A DNA stretch of 63,849 nucleotides, filler included, from an uncultured Methanosarcinales archaeon (GCA_964645415.1; 11 parts of 11 records of this genome joined end to end with filler, not necessarily neighbours in it); one strand, 5' to 3'; positions 40,346 to 50,214 are shown, numbered from the whole stretch's first letter. Numbers and translations are program-made. Notes: a model not told the origin generated them from the sequence alone.

Positions 40346-40729
40346 TTATAGATTTTTTACATTATTTTTTAATTTCATATAAGATACTTCAAAACTAATT
40401 CCTGGGTTTCTTGAATCATCAACATTCCATACTTCAATCTTATTTGAATCGACATCGTGATATCTAACAATGTGATTTTTTTGCTTTCTTTTCATCGTAA
40501 TTATTTTATCTGCTTCATCTATTGCTCTTTGTGTTAGTTGATCAGGTGATGGTTTTAAATATTTTAAAGAATCATCTTTTTCTAAGCTATCTTTTATTTT
40601 ATTTATTAATGAATTTGATGCATGTGTTCCTGCTGATTCTACTTCAAATTCAGGTTTAAATTTTCTTGTTAGTGCTTCAGCCACTGGACTTAATATGTCA
40701 TTGTTTCTACAAATATATAATATTCTCAT
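40346..40729 (-). CDS. low-molecular-weight PTPase/arsenate reductase-like protein with degenerate P-loop
   Basis: ILYICRNNDILSPVAEA, ESAGT, ADKIITM, WNVDD; lacks the CX5R arginine. Confidence 0.75.
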   Translation of the reverse strand: MRILYICRNNDILSPVAEALTRKFKPEFEVESAGTHASNSLINKIKDSLEKDDSLKYLKPSPDQLTQRAIDEADKIITMKRKQKNHIVRYHDVDSNKIEVWNVDDSRNPGISFEVSYMKLKNNVKNL

Positions 40730-40883
40730 TTTATATTAAAATTTATTTTAAATTTAAATAATTATTGATATTTCTGATAAGTTGTAAAAAGAATATTACG
40801 TGGAAATTGCACGGTATCTAACTTTTATTTTAAAATAAATAATTTATAGAAATATATATACTAAAAAAAAGAAAAGAAAAAAA

Positions 40884-41183
40884 TTAAGCTAATTTATTTA
40901 GCTCAATTTGTACAAATGCAGGTATTAAAAAACCAGCAAAGATATATACTACAAACCAAAGAATTGCATTATTATCTTTTCTTACATGGTTTGAGTATCC
41001 TTCACAGTATTTATACACCCAGTAAATATTTACAATAGGTACTATTAATAAAAAAGCAGTTGGAATTTCTGCTCCAAGTTTATTAAATTCATTCTTTGTA
41101 GAAATTATCCAATAAATACCATAAATACCAAGTGTAATTATACTAAACAAATATACTAACACAACATTTCTTTCTTTAACCAT
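40884..41183 (-). CDS. DUF4234-like small membrane protein
   Basis: SIITLGIYGIYW and C-terminal QIELNKL. Confidence 0.75.
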   Translation of the reverse strand: MVKERNVVLVYLFSIITLGIYGIYWIISTKNEFNKLGAEIPTAFLLIVPIVNIYWVYKYCEGYSNHVRKDNNAILWFVVYIFAGFLIPAFVQIELNKLA

Positions 41184-41295
41184 TATATATCACCTTTTAA
41201 ACATAACCACTTCTTTAAATTATAATTTATATTGTTTTCTAAAAAAAGAAAGAATAAGCAAAAATTTATTAAGATACTAAATTATTTTAATTGTG

Positions 41296-42075
41296 ATGAA
41301 AAGAAGTGTTAATTTGTATGGAATTCCTTTCTCAAAAGGTAGTATTTCAAAAAATGAAGGTTGTAGAAAAGCTCCAAAAAAAGTTTATTCTTCTCTTAAT
41401 GACTTTTATCTTAATGAAAATAATGAAGAAGTAAATACAAATTATGAAGAGATAAAACTAGATTCATCTAATATTGAATTATTCTATGAAAATTTAGAAA
41501 AGAGAATAAAAGAACTTGAAGATTCTAACAAAATTGGATTTTTAGGAGGTGATCACTCTTTAACTTATCCAATTGTTTCAGCAATTAAACCTGAGGTATT
41601 AATTATTTTTGATGCCCATCTTGATTGTCAAGATGATTTTACCCCACCTACTCATGAGGATTTTCTAAGAGCTTTAATTAAAAAAAATGTTATTTCTGAA
41701 AAAAATATTTTTCATATTGGACTTAGAAATTTAAGTAAGGAAGAAAAATCATGGTTAAATAAAAGTGATATTAATCTGTTTGATATGAATAATCATTATG
41801 ATTTAAATGCTATTTTAGAAAAAATAATTCCAGATGTAAAAAATAAAAAAACACATATTTCATTTGATTTTGATGTTTTAGATATTAGTACTGCTTTTGC
41901 AACAGGTTATCCTGAAGCTGGTGGTTTTAATACTCGTGAAATAATTAATTTTATTTCTAAATTAAAAAAATTTATTAAATTAAATTCATTTGATTTTGTT
42001 GAATATAATCCTAAACTCGATAATAATAAAATTTGCTTGAAGACAGCATCTAAAATTGTTAATGAATTACTATAG
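41296..42075 (+). CDS. agmatinase/arginase family ureohydrolase
   Basis: GGDHS, DAHLD, SFDFDVLD, GYPEAGG, VEYNP. Confidence 0.9.
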   Translation: MKRSVNLYGIPFSKGSISKNEGCRKAPKKVYSSLNDFYLNENNEEVNTNYEEIKLDSSNIELFYENLEKRIKELEDSNKIGFLGGDHSLTYPIVSAIKPEVLIIFDAHLDCQDDFTPPTHEDFLRALIKKNVISEKNIFHIGLRNLSKEEKSWLNKSDINLFDMNNHYDLNAILEKIIPDVKNKKTHISFDFDVLDISTAFATGYPEAGGFNTREIINFISKLKKFIKLNSFDFVEYNPKLDNNKICLKTASKIVNELL

Positions 42076-43050
42076 GTGATTAAGATAATATCTAAAGAAA
42101 TAAGAAAAAAAGTAAAAGGAAAAAAGAAGAAGATTGGTTTTTGTGAAACTGAAGATAAAAGAATAATTGAAGCTTCAAGATATTTAAAAGATAATGATTT
42201 AGTAGAACCTGTTTTAATCGGTAAAGATATTGAAGGAAAAAAAGAGTTATTTGGAATAGATATTTCTGATTTAGAAAAACATAATACTTCTGATGAAAAA
42301 TATATTAAAGAATTTAGTGAGCTAAGAAATGTATCTTTTGATGTTTCAAAAGAAAAAATGAAAGATGCTACTTATTATGCTACAATGTTACTTCATGATT
42401 CTGAAATTGATGGTTTAGTTTCTGGTGCTGATCATTCTACAGAACATACTTTAAGACCTGCATTAAAAATTATTAAAGGGAAAGATTACTTTGATGGTTT
42501 TGTTTCAAGTTTTTTTATTATGGAAAAAGAAGATCAAGTTTATTTTATGTCTGATTGTGCTATGAATCCAAATCCTTCAGAATCTCAATTATCTAATATT
42601 GCTCTTCAAACAGCAAAGAGTGCAAGTTTATTTATTGATAAACCTAGGGTTGCAATGCTTTCTTTTTCAACTAATAGTTCTTCTAACCATCATATGGCAA
42701 AAAAAGTAAAAAATGCATTAAATATGACAATTAAAAGAAATAAAGATTTTAAAATAAATGCAGAATTTGATGGTGAAATGCAACTAGATTGTGCGATTAG
42801 TGAAAAAGTTGCTAAGAAGAAGTATCCTGAAAGTAATATCGCAGGAAATGCTAATGTTTTGATTTTTCCTGATTTAAATTCTGGAAATATAGGATATAAA
42901 TTAGTTGAACGTTTTGCAAACTTTAAGGCAGTCGGTCCAATTCTTCAAGGTTTAAATAAACCGGCAAATGATTTATCTCGTGGTGCAAAAGTTGATGATA
43001 TTATTGATGTTGCTTGTATTACAGCATTTCAATGTGAGGAATTAAAATGA
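42076..43050 (+). CDS. pta: phosphate acetyltransferase
   Basis: DCAMNPNP, VAMLSFST, DGEMQLD, FPDLNSGNIGYK, NDLSRG. Confidence 0.95.
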   Translation: MIKIISKEIRKKVKGKKKKIGFCETEDKRIIEASRYLKDNDLVEPVLIGKDIEGKKELFGIDISDLEKHNTSDEKYIKEFSELRNVSFDVSKEKMKDATYYATMLLHDSEIDGLVSGADHSTEHTLRPALKIIKGKDYFDGFVSSFFIMEKEDQVYFMSDCAMNPNPSESQLSNIALQTAKSASLFIDKPRVAMLSFSTNSSSNHHMAKKVKNALNMTIKRNKDFKINAEFDGEMQLDCAISEKVAKKKYPESNIAGNANVLIFPDLNSGNIGYKLVERFANFKAVGPILQGLNKPANDLSRGAKVDDIIDVACITAFQCEELK

Positions 43051-44231
43051 ATTATACACTAACATTAAATTTAGGAAGTTCTTCTTTAAAATTCTCTGTT
43101 TTTAACAAAGAGTTTAATGAAGTTTTGAATGGATCTTATGAAAGAATTGGTGTTGATGGGTTACTTAAATATAAATTTGATTCAAAAAAAGAAAAAGAAT
43201 CAATTGAATTAAAAAACCATAATGATGCACTTAATAACTTATTAGAGTTATTAAAAAAATTAGAAATAAAAAAAGATGATATTAAAGTTATTGCACATAG
43301 AGTTGTTCATGGTGGAGAAAAATATTCTAAACCAACTATTTTAACTAAAGAAGTTGTTAAAGATTTAAAGAATTATTCTTATTTAGCTCCTTTACATAAT
43401 CCAAATAATATAAAAGGAATTGAAATTGCTTTGAATAAATTTAATGCTAAAAACATTGCAATTTTTGATACTGCATTTCATAGTACTATTCCAAAAACAA
43501 ATTTTATGTACTCTTTACCTAAAAAGATATATGATGAGTATTCTGTAAGAAAGTATGGTTTTCATGGATCAAGCCATCAATATATTGCGACTAAATTAAA
43601 AGAAATGAATGTGTCTGGAAACAAACATATTATTTGTCATTTAGGTAATGGGTCATCTATTACTGCTTTAAAAAACTTTAAGAGTTTTAATAATTCTATG
43701 GGTTTAACTCCTTTAGATGGTGTAATAATGGGAACTAGAGTAGGTTCAATCGATCCTGGAGTTATATTATTTTTATTAGATAATGGCTTTTCTAAAGACG
43801 AAGTTGATAAAATTCTTAATAAAAAATCTGGTCTTTTGGGACTTTCTGGAAAAAATAGTGTAAAGGATTTATATGAATCTGATAAGAGTATTGAAAATGT
43901 TGAAAATATTCATAAAACAGATAATGATTCTAATGAATTATTTACTATGAAGTGTTTAGTTAATAGTATTTCTAGTATTATTGGATCTTATGTTGCTCAA
44001 TTATCAGGTATTGATGGAATCGCATTTACTGGTGGGATTGGAGAAAATGCATGGTATATTAGAAGACTTGTTTTAAAACAGCTTTCTTATTTAGGAATAG
44101 ATATTGATAATGAAGCTAATCAAAAAAATGAGTTAATTATAACCAAAGAAGACTCTAATGTAAAATCTTATGTGATTGAGACAAATGAAGAATTAATGAT
44201 GGCTAAAATAGCTAATAATTTTATCTCTTAA
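43047..44231 (+). CDS. ackA: acetate kinase
   Basis: NLGSSSLK, HRVVHGG, APLHNP, FDTAFH, YGFHGSSH, FTGGIGEN, TNEE. Confidence 0.97.
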   Translation: MNYTLTLNLGSSSLKFSVFNKEFNEVLNGSYERIGVDGLLKYKFDSKKEKESIELKNHNDALNNLLELLKKLEIKKDDIKVIAHRVVHGGEKYSKPTILTKEVVKDLKNYSYLAPLHNPNNIKGIEIALNKFNAKNIAIFDTAFHSTIPKTNFMYSLPKKIYDEYSVRKYGFHGSSHQYIATKLKEMNVSGNKHIICHLGNGSSITALKNFKSFNNSMGLTPLDGVIMGTRVGSIDPGVILFLLDNGFSKDEVDKILNKKSGLLGLSGKNSVKDLYESDKSIENVENIHKTDNDSNELFTMKCLVNSISSIIGSYVAQLSGIDGIAFTGGIGENAWYIRRLVLKQLSYLGIDIDNEANQKNELIITKEDSNVKSYVIETNEELMMAKIANNFIS

Positions 44232-44264
44232 ATTAATGAAAATTTAATATTAAGGTGATTAAAA

Positions 44265-44504
44265 ATGCAAAAAGAAGAAATGTCAAAAGAAGAAAAGATA
44301 GGTTATCATAAAGGAGCTTTAGATACGCTTCTTAATGAGAGAGAAGAGTTTACAAAAGTCTTAAATATTGTTAATAGCTATATTGAAAAACATATTAATG
44401 CTCTTAAAGAGTTAGGTGTTGATTTAAATAAATCTAATGAAGAAGAAAATAATCAAACTGAAAATAAAGAAGATGAAAGTATAGAAGATTTAATGGATGT
44501 TTAA
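44265..44504 (+). CDS. small hypothetical coiled-coil protein
   Basis: [28 protein letters not shown]. Confidence 0.7.
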   Translation: MQKEEMSKEEKIGYHKGALDTLLNEREEFTKVLNIVNSYIEKHINALKELGVDLNKSNEEENNQTENKEDESIEDLMDV

Positions 44505-44689
44505 TCTTTTAAAGGTTTAACATTCAAAACATTAACACCTTCTTTTAATTCTTTTTCAGCAATTGAAATAGGATTATATTTTAATTTTTTTAATTCTTTT
44601 TCATCAAGATTGATAAGAATAGGAGCACCCATTGCAATTTGTAGAGCACGACTTCCAATCATCCTTGTTTTTTCATATCTTGTTGGCAT
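44501..44689 (-). CDS. rpoK: DNA-directed RNA polymerase subunit Rpo6 (K)
   Basis: [30 protein letters not shown]. Confidence 0.93.
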   Translation of the reverse strand: MPTRYEKTRMIGSRALQIAMGAPILINLDEKELKKLKYNPISIAEKELKEGVNVLNVKPLKD

Positions 44690-44751
44690 TTTGTATTGAA
44701 ATTCTATTTTAATTTAAATATGTTTCGTTAAATTTTGAAAAAATATTAATT

Positions 44752-44955
44752 TTAATTATTTTCTTTTTTATTATTTAATCCAATAATTCTATCATAAACT
44801 GTTACACATACAAAACCAATAACTGCTCCAATTATTGCAGGATGTATTTCTATATTTATCATTCTTGCAATTAATTCAATAATTACAGAAATTAGAATTG
44901 CTAGTATCATCAATCCAATAAAAGTTATAGCTTTCTTTTTAGATATTTCAACCAT
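44752..44955 (-). CDS. small two-TM membrane protein
   Basis: Two hydrophobic segments. Confidence 0.6.
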   Translation of the reverse strand: MVEISKKKAITFIGLMILAILISVIIELIARMINIEIHPAIIGAVIGFVCVTVYDRIIGLNNKKENN

Positions 44956-45111
44956 TTTATAATATTTTTATCCTTTTCTTATTTATTATTTTTTATCTCA
45001 ATCTTTATCACNNNNNNNNNNNNNNNNNNNNNNNNNNNNNNNNNNNNNNNNNNNNTTAATTAATTAANNNNNNNNNNNNNNNNNNNNNNNNNNNNNNNNN
45101 NNNNNNNNNNN

Positions 45112-45245
45112 ATGGCACTGTAGTTCCTATTAGATTTTATTTCTTTTTACTTCATTCTTTTAAGTTCCTTTTTCTTAGATGATTTTGATGGACTAACTTC
45201 GAAGAAGATTAAACGTAGATTTTCTCTTTAGCATTACTTTTAATC
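45112..45245 (-). repeat. modular repeat copy (hairpin cut by contig end)
   Basis: ATGGCACTGTAGTTCC, TTCATTCTTTTAAGTTCC, TTAGATGATTTTG, TCGAAGAAGATTAAACG. Confidence 0.82.
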
Positions 45246-45265
45246 TAGAATTAATAAAGGTGTAA

Positions 45266-45280
45266 GAAAATTATATAAAT
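45266..45280 (+). promoter_or_regulatory. BRE/TATA-like promoter for the putative ncRNA
   Basis: GAAAA-TTATATAA about 25 nt upstream of 45303. Confidence 0.5.
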
Positions 45281-45302
45281 TATTATGAGTTCAAAATAGA
45301 TA

Positions 45303-45447
45303 GATGCCTTAAGGGTTCTCTTTAGAGCTTGACATTGTCAGCGATGAAATAAGAGTCTCCACTGCATTACTCAGCCTGACATTGAGAGAGCATCATTGAG
45401 AAGGCAAAAGCCGTCTATGAAATGGTGTGTTGATGAATTCGGGCATC
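45303..45447 (+). ncRNA. candidate structured non-coding RNA (about 145 nt)
   Basis: GC-richer island, terminal stem GATGCCT/GGGCATC, nested stems, no ORF. Confidence 0.6.
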
Positions 45448-45458
45448 AATTTTAATTA

Positions 45459-45832
45459 TTAATCTGTTACAAAACAACAATTATCAGTATCTTCTGTTGA
45501 AAAACATATTCCACTTTCTCCTGAACCATCTAATCTAATATCAATTCCTCTAAATGAATAACCAATTCCTTCTCTGTCTTGAATTACATTCCTATTTACT
45601 AATTCATCAGCAAAATCGGTACAATCCATTTCTGAAGGTTGAACTGGAGATGTAGATATTGCTGTTCTAAGTAATTCTAAATCATCTGTTGTAGAATCTA
45701 CTCCTTCAGTAAATTGACCCATTTGACCAGAAAAGATTGCTACTAATACTACTAAGACTATTAAAACAATGACTGCAATTACAACTAAATTCATACTTAA
45801 TTCATACTTATTTGTGAGATTTTATTTTTCAT
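45459..45832 (-). pseudogene. type IV pilin-like protein (class III signal) frameshifted by an 11-bp tandem duplication
   Basis: Removing one ATTCATACTTA copy (45789-45810) gives MKNKISQISMNLVVIAVIVLIVLVVL; GGTG RBS precedes the ATG at 45832. Confidence 0.7.
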
Positions 45833-45894
45833 GATAACACCTTATAAGTTATAATCTCTATTTATAATTAATTGTTTTTAAATGTTTATGAAAA

Positions 45895-46608
45895 TTAGTT
45901 TGATCTATTAGAATTAATTATGAATTTTAAACTTTCAAATTCATATGTTTTATCTTCATGTAAGTATACTTTAATTTCAGAAGATTTTTTATTTTTTAGG
46001 ATTGAACTTTGAAAATTCTCTTTTGTAAAATCATAACCAAAGGCTGCTTCAGAAAAGGAAGGAAGAACTATTAATTTTTTTGAATCATGCTCTGTTTCTA
46101 AAAAACATTTGAATCTTTCATTTCTATTATTATAATAAAAAGAGACTGATGGATGTTCATGACCCATGATAATTACTTTGGCTTTTTTGTAATCACTTTT
46201 AAAGTTAGGTAATTTGGATAATTCTTTGATTGATTTATCGCCGTGTATGAAAAGAAAATCATTTTTAAAATAATAGTTGTGAATTTTTTTATCAATTACA
46301 AAATCTAACATTGTGTCATGATTACCACGAATTATTGTTATTTTTGGTTTTATTTTTTTAATTAAGTTATTTATGTCTCTTTTTTCATAATCAGAAACTC
46401 TATCATAATTGTTTTTAATGTCACCACAAATAATTAGATGATTTTTATCTTTAGTCATTTCATATAATTCTTCTATTAGTTCTTTTTGAACATCTCTTAT
46501 TAGATGACCTCTTTTATTTAATTCATCTTCAATTCCAAAATGAAGATCACTTACAACTAATGTATCATTGATTTCAATTGATTTTTTTTTGAAATTATAT
46601 TCAACCAT
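45895..46608 (-). CDS. metallophosphoesterase (archaeal MJ0037-like)
   Basis: SDLHFG, GD, GNHD, HGD, GHEHP, VLPSFS. Confidence 0.88.
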   Translation of the reverse strand: MVEYNFKKKSIEINDTLVVSDLHFGIEDELNKRGHLIRDVQKELIEELYEMTKDKNHLIICGDIKNNYDRVSDYEKRDINNLIKKIKPKITIIRGNHDTMLDFVIDKKIHNYYFKNDFLFIHGDKSIKELSKLPNFKSDYKKAKVIIMGHEHPSVSFYYNNRNERFKCFLETEHDSKKLIVLPSFSEAAFGYDFTKENFQSSILKNKKSSEIKVYLHEDKTYEFESLKFIINSNRSN

Positions 46609-46609
46609 T

Positions 46610-47569
46610 TTAAACCTTTATTTTCATAAAATCTTTAGCTGAATGTGAGTCTTTTAAAAATAATCTAGCTTCTCTTTCATGATCATTTGTTGATTTATAT
46701 CTTTGACTAAAATGAATCATGACTAATTTTTTTGCATTACTTTCACTTGCTACTTGTGCTAATTGTTTGGCTGTTAAATGACCATATTCTTTTGCTTTTT
46801 CAACTTCTTTGTGAAGATATGTTGCTTCTCCAATTAATAAGTCTACATCTTCAGCAATATCATACATGTTATCACAAAGTCTTGTATCAAAGATAAATCC
46901 TAGTTTTTTTCCTGGTATTCTCATAATACTATCAGATGATTTGAATTTATGATCGTCTACAGTTACATCTTTTCCTTTTCTCAAATCTTCTAACCAAGGA
47001 CCTCTTTTTATTCCAAGTTTGTTAATTTTTTTTATGAATGATTTTTTTATCTTTTTTACATCTTTTTCTACTAATTTAAAACCATATGTATCAACACTAT
47101 GATCTAGTTTTTTTACTAAAATATTGTATTTTCTATCTTTTATAATATCATCTTTTTCGAATTCATGGATGTGAAGATCCATTTTATCATGCTCAGATTT
47201 GTATACAACTCTTTCTCCTTCTTCGGAGCGATTTATATCTTCTCCTTCTTTAAATGTATACATTAAGTTATCTATTTTTTCTTTAGTACCAGGTGGACCA
47301 TATATTTTGATTGTTGTTTCATATTTTGTTGCAAATATTGTTTGAATTAAACCAATTAATCCAAAAGTATGATCTCCATGCCAATGACTAATGAAAATCT
47401 TTTTTATTTTAGTTGGTTTGATTCCAGCAATTCTTAATTGTCTTTGAGTTCCCTCTCCACAATCAAATAGAATGTATTCATCATTATGAAAATTTGTAAT
47501 TATTGCGGTATGATTTCTTTTTTTGGTTGGAACCATACTACTTGTTCCTAATATTGTTGTCTCTATCAT
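46610..47569 (-). CDS. rnz: ribonuclease Z
   Basis: LGTSSMVPT, FDCGEGTQRQ, SHWHGDH, DT, EAT, HFSQRY; flexible arm. Confidence 0.95.
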   Translation of the reverse strand: MIETTILGTSSMVPTKKRNHTAIITNFHNDEYILFDCGEGTQRQLRIAGIKPTKIKKIFISHWHGDHTFGLIGLIQTIFATKYETTIKIYGPPGTKEKIDNLMYTFKEGEDINRSEEGERVVYKSEHDKMDLHIHEFEKDDIIKDRKYNILVKKLDHSVDTYGFKLVEKDVKKIKKSFIKKINKLGIKRGPWLEDLRKGKDVTVDDHKFKSSDSIMRIPGKKLGFIFDTRLCDNMYDIAEDVDLLIGEATYLHKEVEKAKEYGHLTAKQLAQVASESNAKKLVMIHFSQRYKSTNDHEREARLFLKDSHSAKDFMKIKV

Positions 47570-47870
47570 TTTTTCTATCTCCTCTAAAAACAATATGAGA
47601 GTATTTTACTCCATCAACTTCTATAAAATCATCTAAAAAATCTTTTTCTTTTAAGAATTCAACTACTTTGTTACCTACAATATTTACTATTTCTACTTCA
47701 GCATTTTTTAAGAGTTTAACAAGCTCTTTTTTTGTGATTTCATCTCCATTAAAGAATTTATTAATTTTTAAACGAAGTTTTCCTTCAGTAAATTCTTTTC
47801 CATAAAGATTTTTATCAGCAACTGCAAGAATTCTTTTTTCCCCATCATGAATTTTTGCAATAAATTCCAT
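47538..47870 (-). CDS. DUF424 family protein
   Basis: ILAVAD..L.GK, NIVGNKVV, VDGV; lies next to aIF-2beta. Confidence 0.8.
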   Translation of the reverse strand: MEFIAKIHDGEKRILAVADKNLYGKEFTEGKLRLKINKFFNGDEITKKELVKLLKNAEVEIVNIVGNKVVEFLKEKDFLDDFIEVDGVKYSHIVFRGDRKNDRDNNIRNK

Positions 47871-47893
47871 TTTAATCAACAACTCTAAAATAA

Positions 47894-48304
47894 TTATAGA
47901 TTGTATTTAAGTGGTTTTTTGTTTCCACAAACCATACACTTTTTAAAATAAATTCCGCTTTCTTTTGAAATTTTTGTATCTGGTTTTTGACATTCAGAAC
48001 AGATTACAAATTCATTTGTATATTTAGCAATAGCTTTGTTAATATCACTTGAGGATAATTTTGAACCAAAAATAACTCCTTTATCATAAAGTTCTCCAGG
48101 AGTTGCTAAGTTTTTTTGTAAATATTTTAGTAAATGTTTTGAATCACGTGATAATTTTTTTGCAATTTGATGAAAGTTACTAATAATTGTTTTATTTCCT
48201 TCAACATGACCTCTAACTTTTGGAATCTCAAATCTACTTTGCATATCTTCAATATCAATTGTTTCTGATCTTGCCTTATCTAATAAGTCTTCATAATTAT
48301 TCAT
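47894..48304 (-). CDS. eif2b: translation initiation factor aIF-2 subunit beta
   Basis: RFEIP, GNKTIISNF, CSECQKPDT, CMVCG. Confidence 0.93.
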   Translation of the reverse strand: MNNYEDLLDKARSETIDIEDMQSRFEIPKVRGHVEGNKTIISNFHQIAKKLSRDSKHLLKYLQKNLATPGELYDKGVIFGSKLSSSDINKAIAKYTNEFVICSECQKPDTKISKESGIYFKKCMVCGNKKPLKYNL

Positions 48305-48386
48305 ATATATCACCTTAGAAGTATTATAAAATGAAATAATGGTAACATTTATAAAGAATTCGCTTTTCTCTCAAGTTAGGTGAATT

Positions 48387-48551
48387 ATGATGGAAACTTG
48401 TATTTCATGTGACAAACCACTTATTAACGATGAGGGTTCTGTTCAATTTAAATGTCCTGAATGTAATGAATATATGATTAAAAGATGTTCTAGTTGTAGA
48501 AAGATTGCTGCAGTTTATGAATGTCCTAATTGTAACTTTGAAGGACCTTAG
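48387..48551 (+). CDS. HVO_2753/DUF1610-type zinc-finger protein (54 aa; missing from the ORF track)
   Basis: MMETCISC...FKCPEC...RCSSCRK...YECPNCNFEGP; AGGTGA RBS; lies directly before EF-1beta. Confidence 0.88.
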   Translation: MMETCISCDKPLINDEGSVQFKCPECNEYMIKRCSSCRKIAAVYECPNCNFEGP

Positions 48552-48560
48552 GTGAATAAA

Positions 48561-48836
48561 ATGGGAGAAATGATTATAACATATAAGGTAATGCCAACTA
48601 GTCCAGAAGTTGATTTGGATGAAATTGTAGAAAGTGTAGATGATATTTTAAAGAATTATGATTCTGAAGTAACTAAGACTAAAAAAGAACCTATGGCATT
48701 TGGATTAAATGCTTTGATGATTTATTTTATTGTAGATGAAAGTGTTGAAAACACTGAAGATATTGAAGAGAAAGTAAGTGAGATGGAAAAGGTTCAATCT
48801 GTTGAAGTTGCTGACATGAGAAGAACTGTCGGTTAA
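48561..48836 (+). CDS. ef1b: elongation factor 1-beta
   Basis: KVMPTSPEVDL, EPMAFGLNAL, VQSVEV. Confidence 0.93.
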   Translation: MGEMIITYKVMPTSPEVDLDEIVESVDDILKNYDSEVTKTKKEPMAFGLNALMIYFIVDESVENTEDIEEKVSEMEKVQSVEVADMRRTVG

Positions 48837-48843
48837 CTTTTTT

Positions 48844-49929
48844 TTATTTCTTTTTTAATATTTCTAATATTTCTTTTAAATTAGATTCTGTTTTTATTCC
48901 ATATTCTGAAAACATTGTTCTTGATGTATTTTTACTAAGATTATTCATTATTTTATCAAAAGATGGAACACTTTTTATTTTATATTCTTGACAAATTTTA
49001 TGGATATGATAAAATCCTAATGAGTCATGTTCTGATTGAATTAAGTTAAGGAATTTTTCTGTATCTTTTGATATGTTTTCATCAATTTCTTCTATCATTT
49101 TTTCAATTACATCTTTATGATTTAGTTTTCCTGTATATATAGGTCCAAATTTATTTCCATCTATGATTTCAAAGTTATTATAATCAAAAGTTTTATGTTG
49201 TTTTAAGACTTTATCAGTGATTTTTTTAGAAGGTATTGAAAAGAAAATTACTCTAAAGTAATGATCTTTATAATAACTAACTAGTGGAATTAATGCTCTA
49301 AAATATTGAGCTGCTACTAATTGAACCTTTCTAATTAAAATTCTCAATCCAACTTCATGCATTAAATGATTATATATTGGTCTTGCCCAGTATTTTCTTT
49401 TACACATATTAATATAAGCTCCACACAAAGGAGCAGTATCAGTAGCAGTTACAGCCAAGTATCCATATTTAATTCTTTGAAGGATTGAATCTAAGAAAGG
49501 ATTTGGAGAGCCATAAGGATCAATATCAACATAGTCATATTTATTTTCTTTTTTCAAAAGATACAACCTTGCATCTTCATTTGAGATTTCATAGTTTTCA
49601 TTAATCTTATTAAGATTTAGATTTTCCTTAATTAGGGAGCAAGCATCCTCAGAGATATCATTAAAGTGAGAGTAAACATCACATTCATTAATCATTCTAA
49701 TACCTCTCACCCCAGAAGCTGACATAGGTAAATGAACTCTTCTAATAGTTTTCATATGTTTATCATATATTTTTTTATCATCAAGTTTATTAATAGCATT
49801 AGTAAAAAGCACAGAGATATCTCGATTAGAAACCATCTTAGGATTATAGAACACATCTAATTCCTTACTCACCTTTCCCAGATATTCATAGATATTAGCA
49901 CTTCCTTCCTTAATAAGTTCCTTTTCCAT
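48844..49929 (-). CDS. trm1: tRNA (guanine26-N2)-dimethyltransferase
   Basis: VFYNPKM..NRD, SASGVRGIR, DIDPYGSP, VTATD, EVGLRIL. Confidence 0.93.
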   Translation of the reverse strand: MEKELIKEGSANIYEYLGKVSKELDVFYNPKMVSNRDISVLFTNAINKLDDKKIYDKHMKTIRRVHLPMSASGVRGIRMINECDVYSHFNDISEDACSLIKENLNLNKINENYEISNEDARLYLLKKENKYDYVDIDPYGSPNPFLDSILQRIKYGYLAVTATDTAPLCGAYINMCKRKYWARPIYNHLMHEVGLRILIRKVQLVAAQYFRALIPLVSYYKDHYFRVIFFSIPSKKITDKVLKQHKTFDYNNFEIIDGNKFGPIYTGKLNHKDVIEKMIEEIDENISKDTEKFLNLIQSEHDSLGFYHIHKICQEYKIKSVPSFDKIMNNLSKNTSRTMFSEYGIKTESNLKEILEILKKK

Positions 49930-50214
49930 ATTAAAAGAAATAATTAATTACTTTATATTTCTTATGTGTCTTATCTCATAATAATAATAATAATAATAAT
50001 AATAATCAACATTCTATTCATTTTTATTTTTGTTTTTTATAAACTNNNNNNNNNNNNNNNNNNNNNNNNNNNNNNNNNNNNNNNNNNNNTTAATTAATTA
50101 ANNNNNNNNNNNNNNNNNNNNNNNNNNNNNNNNNNNNNNNNNNNNTAAATATTATGTTATTTGTTATCTTATAGTAGTATTAACTAAAACTTCTTAAAAA
50201 AAATTAGTAAAAGT

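Noticed and set aside
45303..45447. Calling the GC-richer island 5S rRNA, SRP RNA or RNase P RNA
   Set aside because: The hallmark conserved motifs are not visible, so it is kept as an unassigned ncRNA candidate.
49979..50006. (AAT)n microsatellite, also (ATT)n near 30092-30111
   Set aside because: Short intergenic low-complexity tracts expected in such AT-rich DNA.
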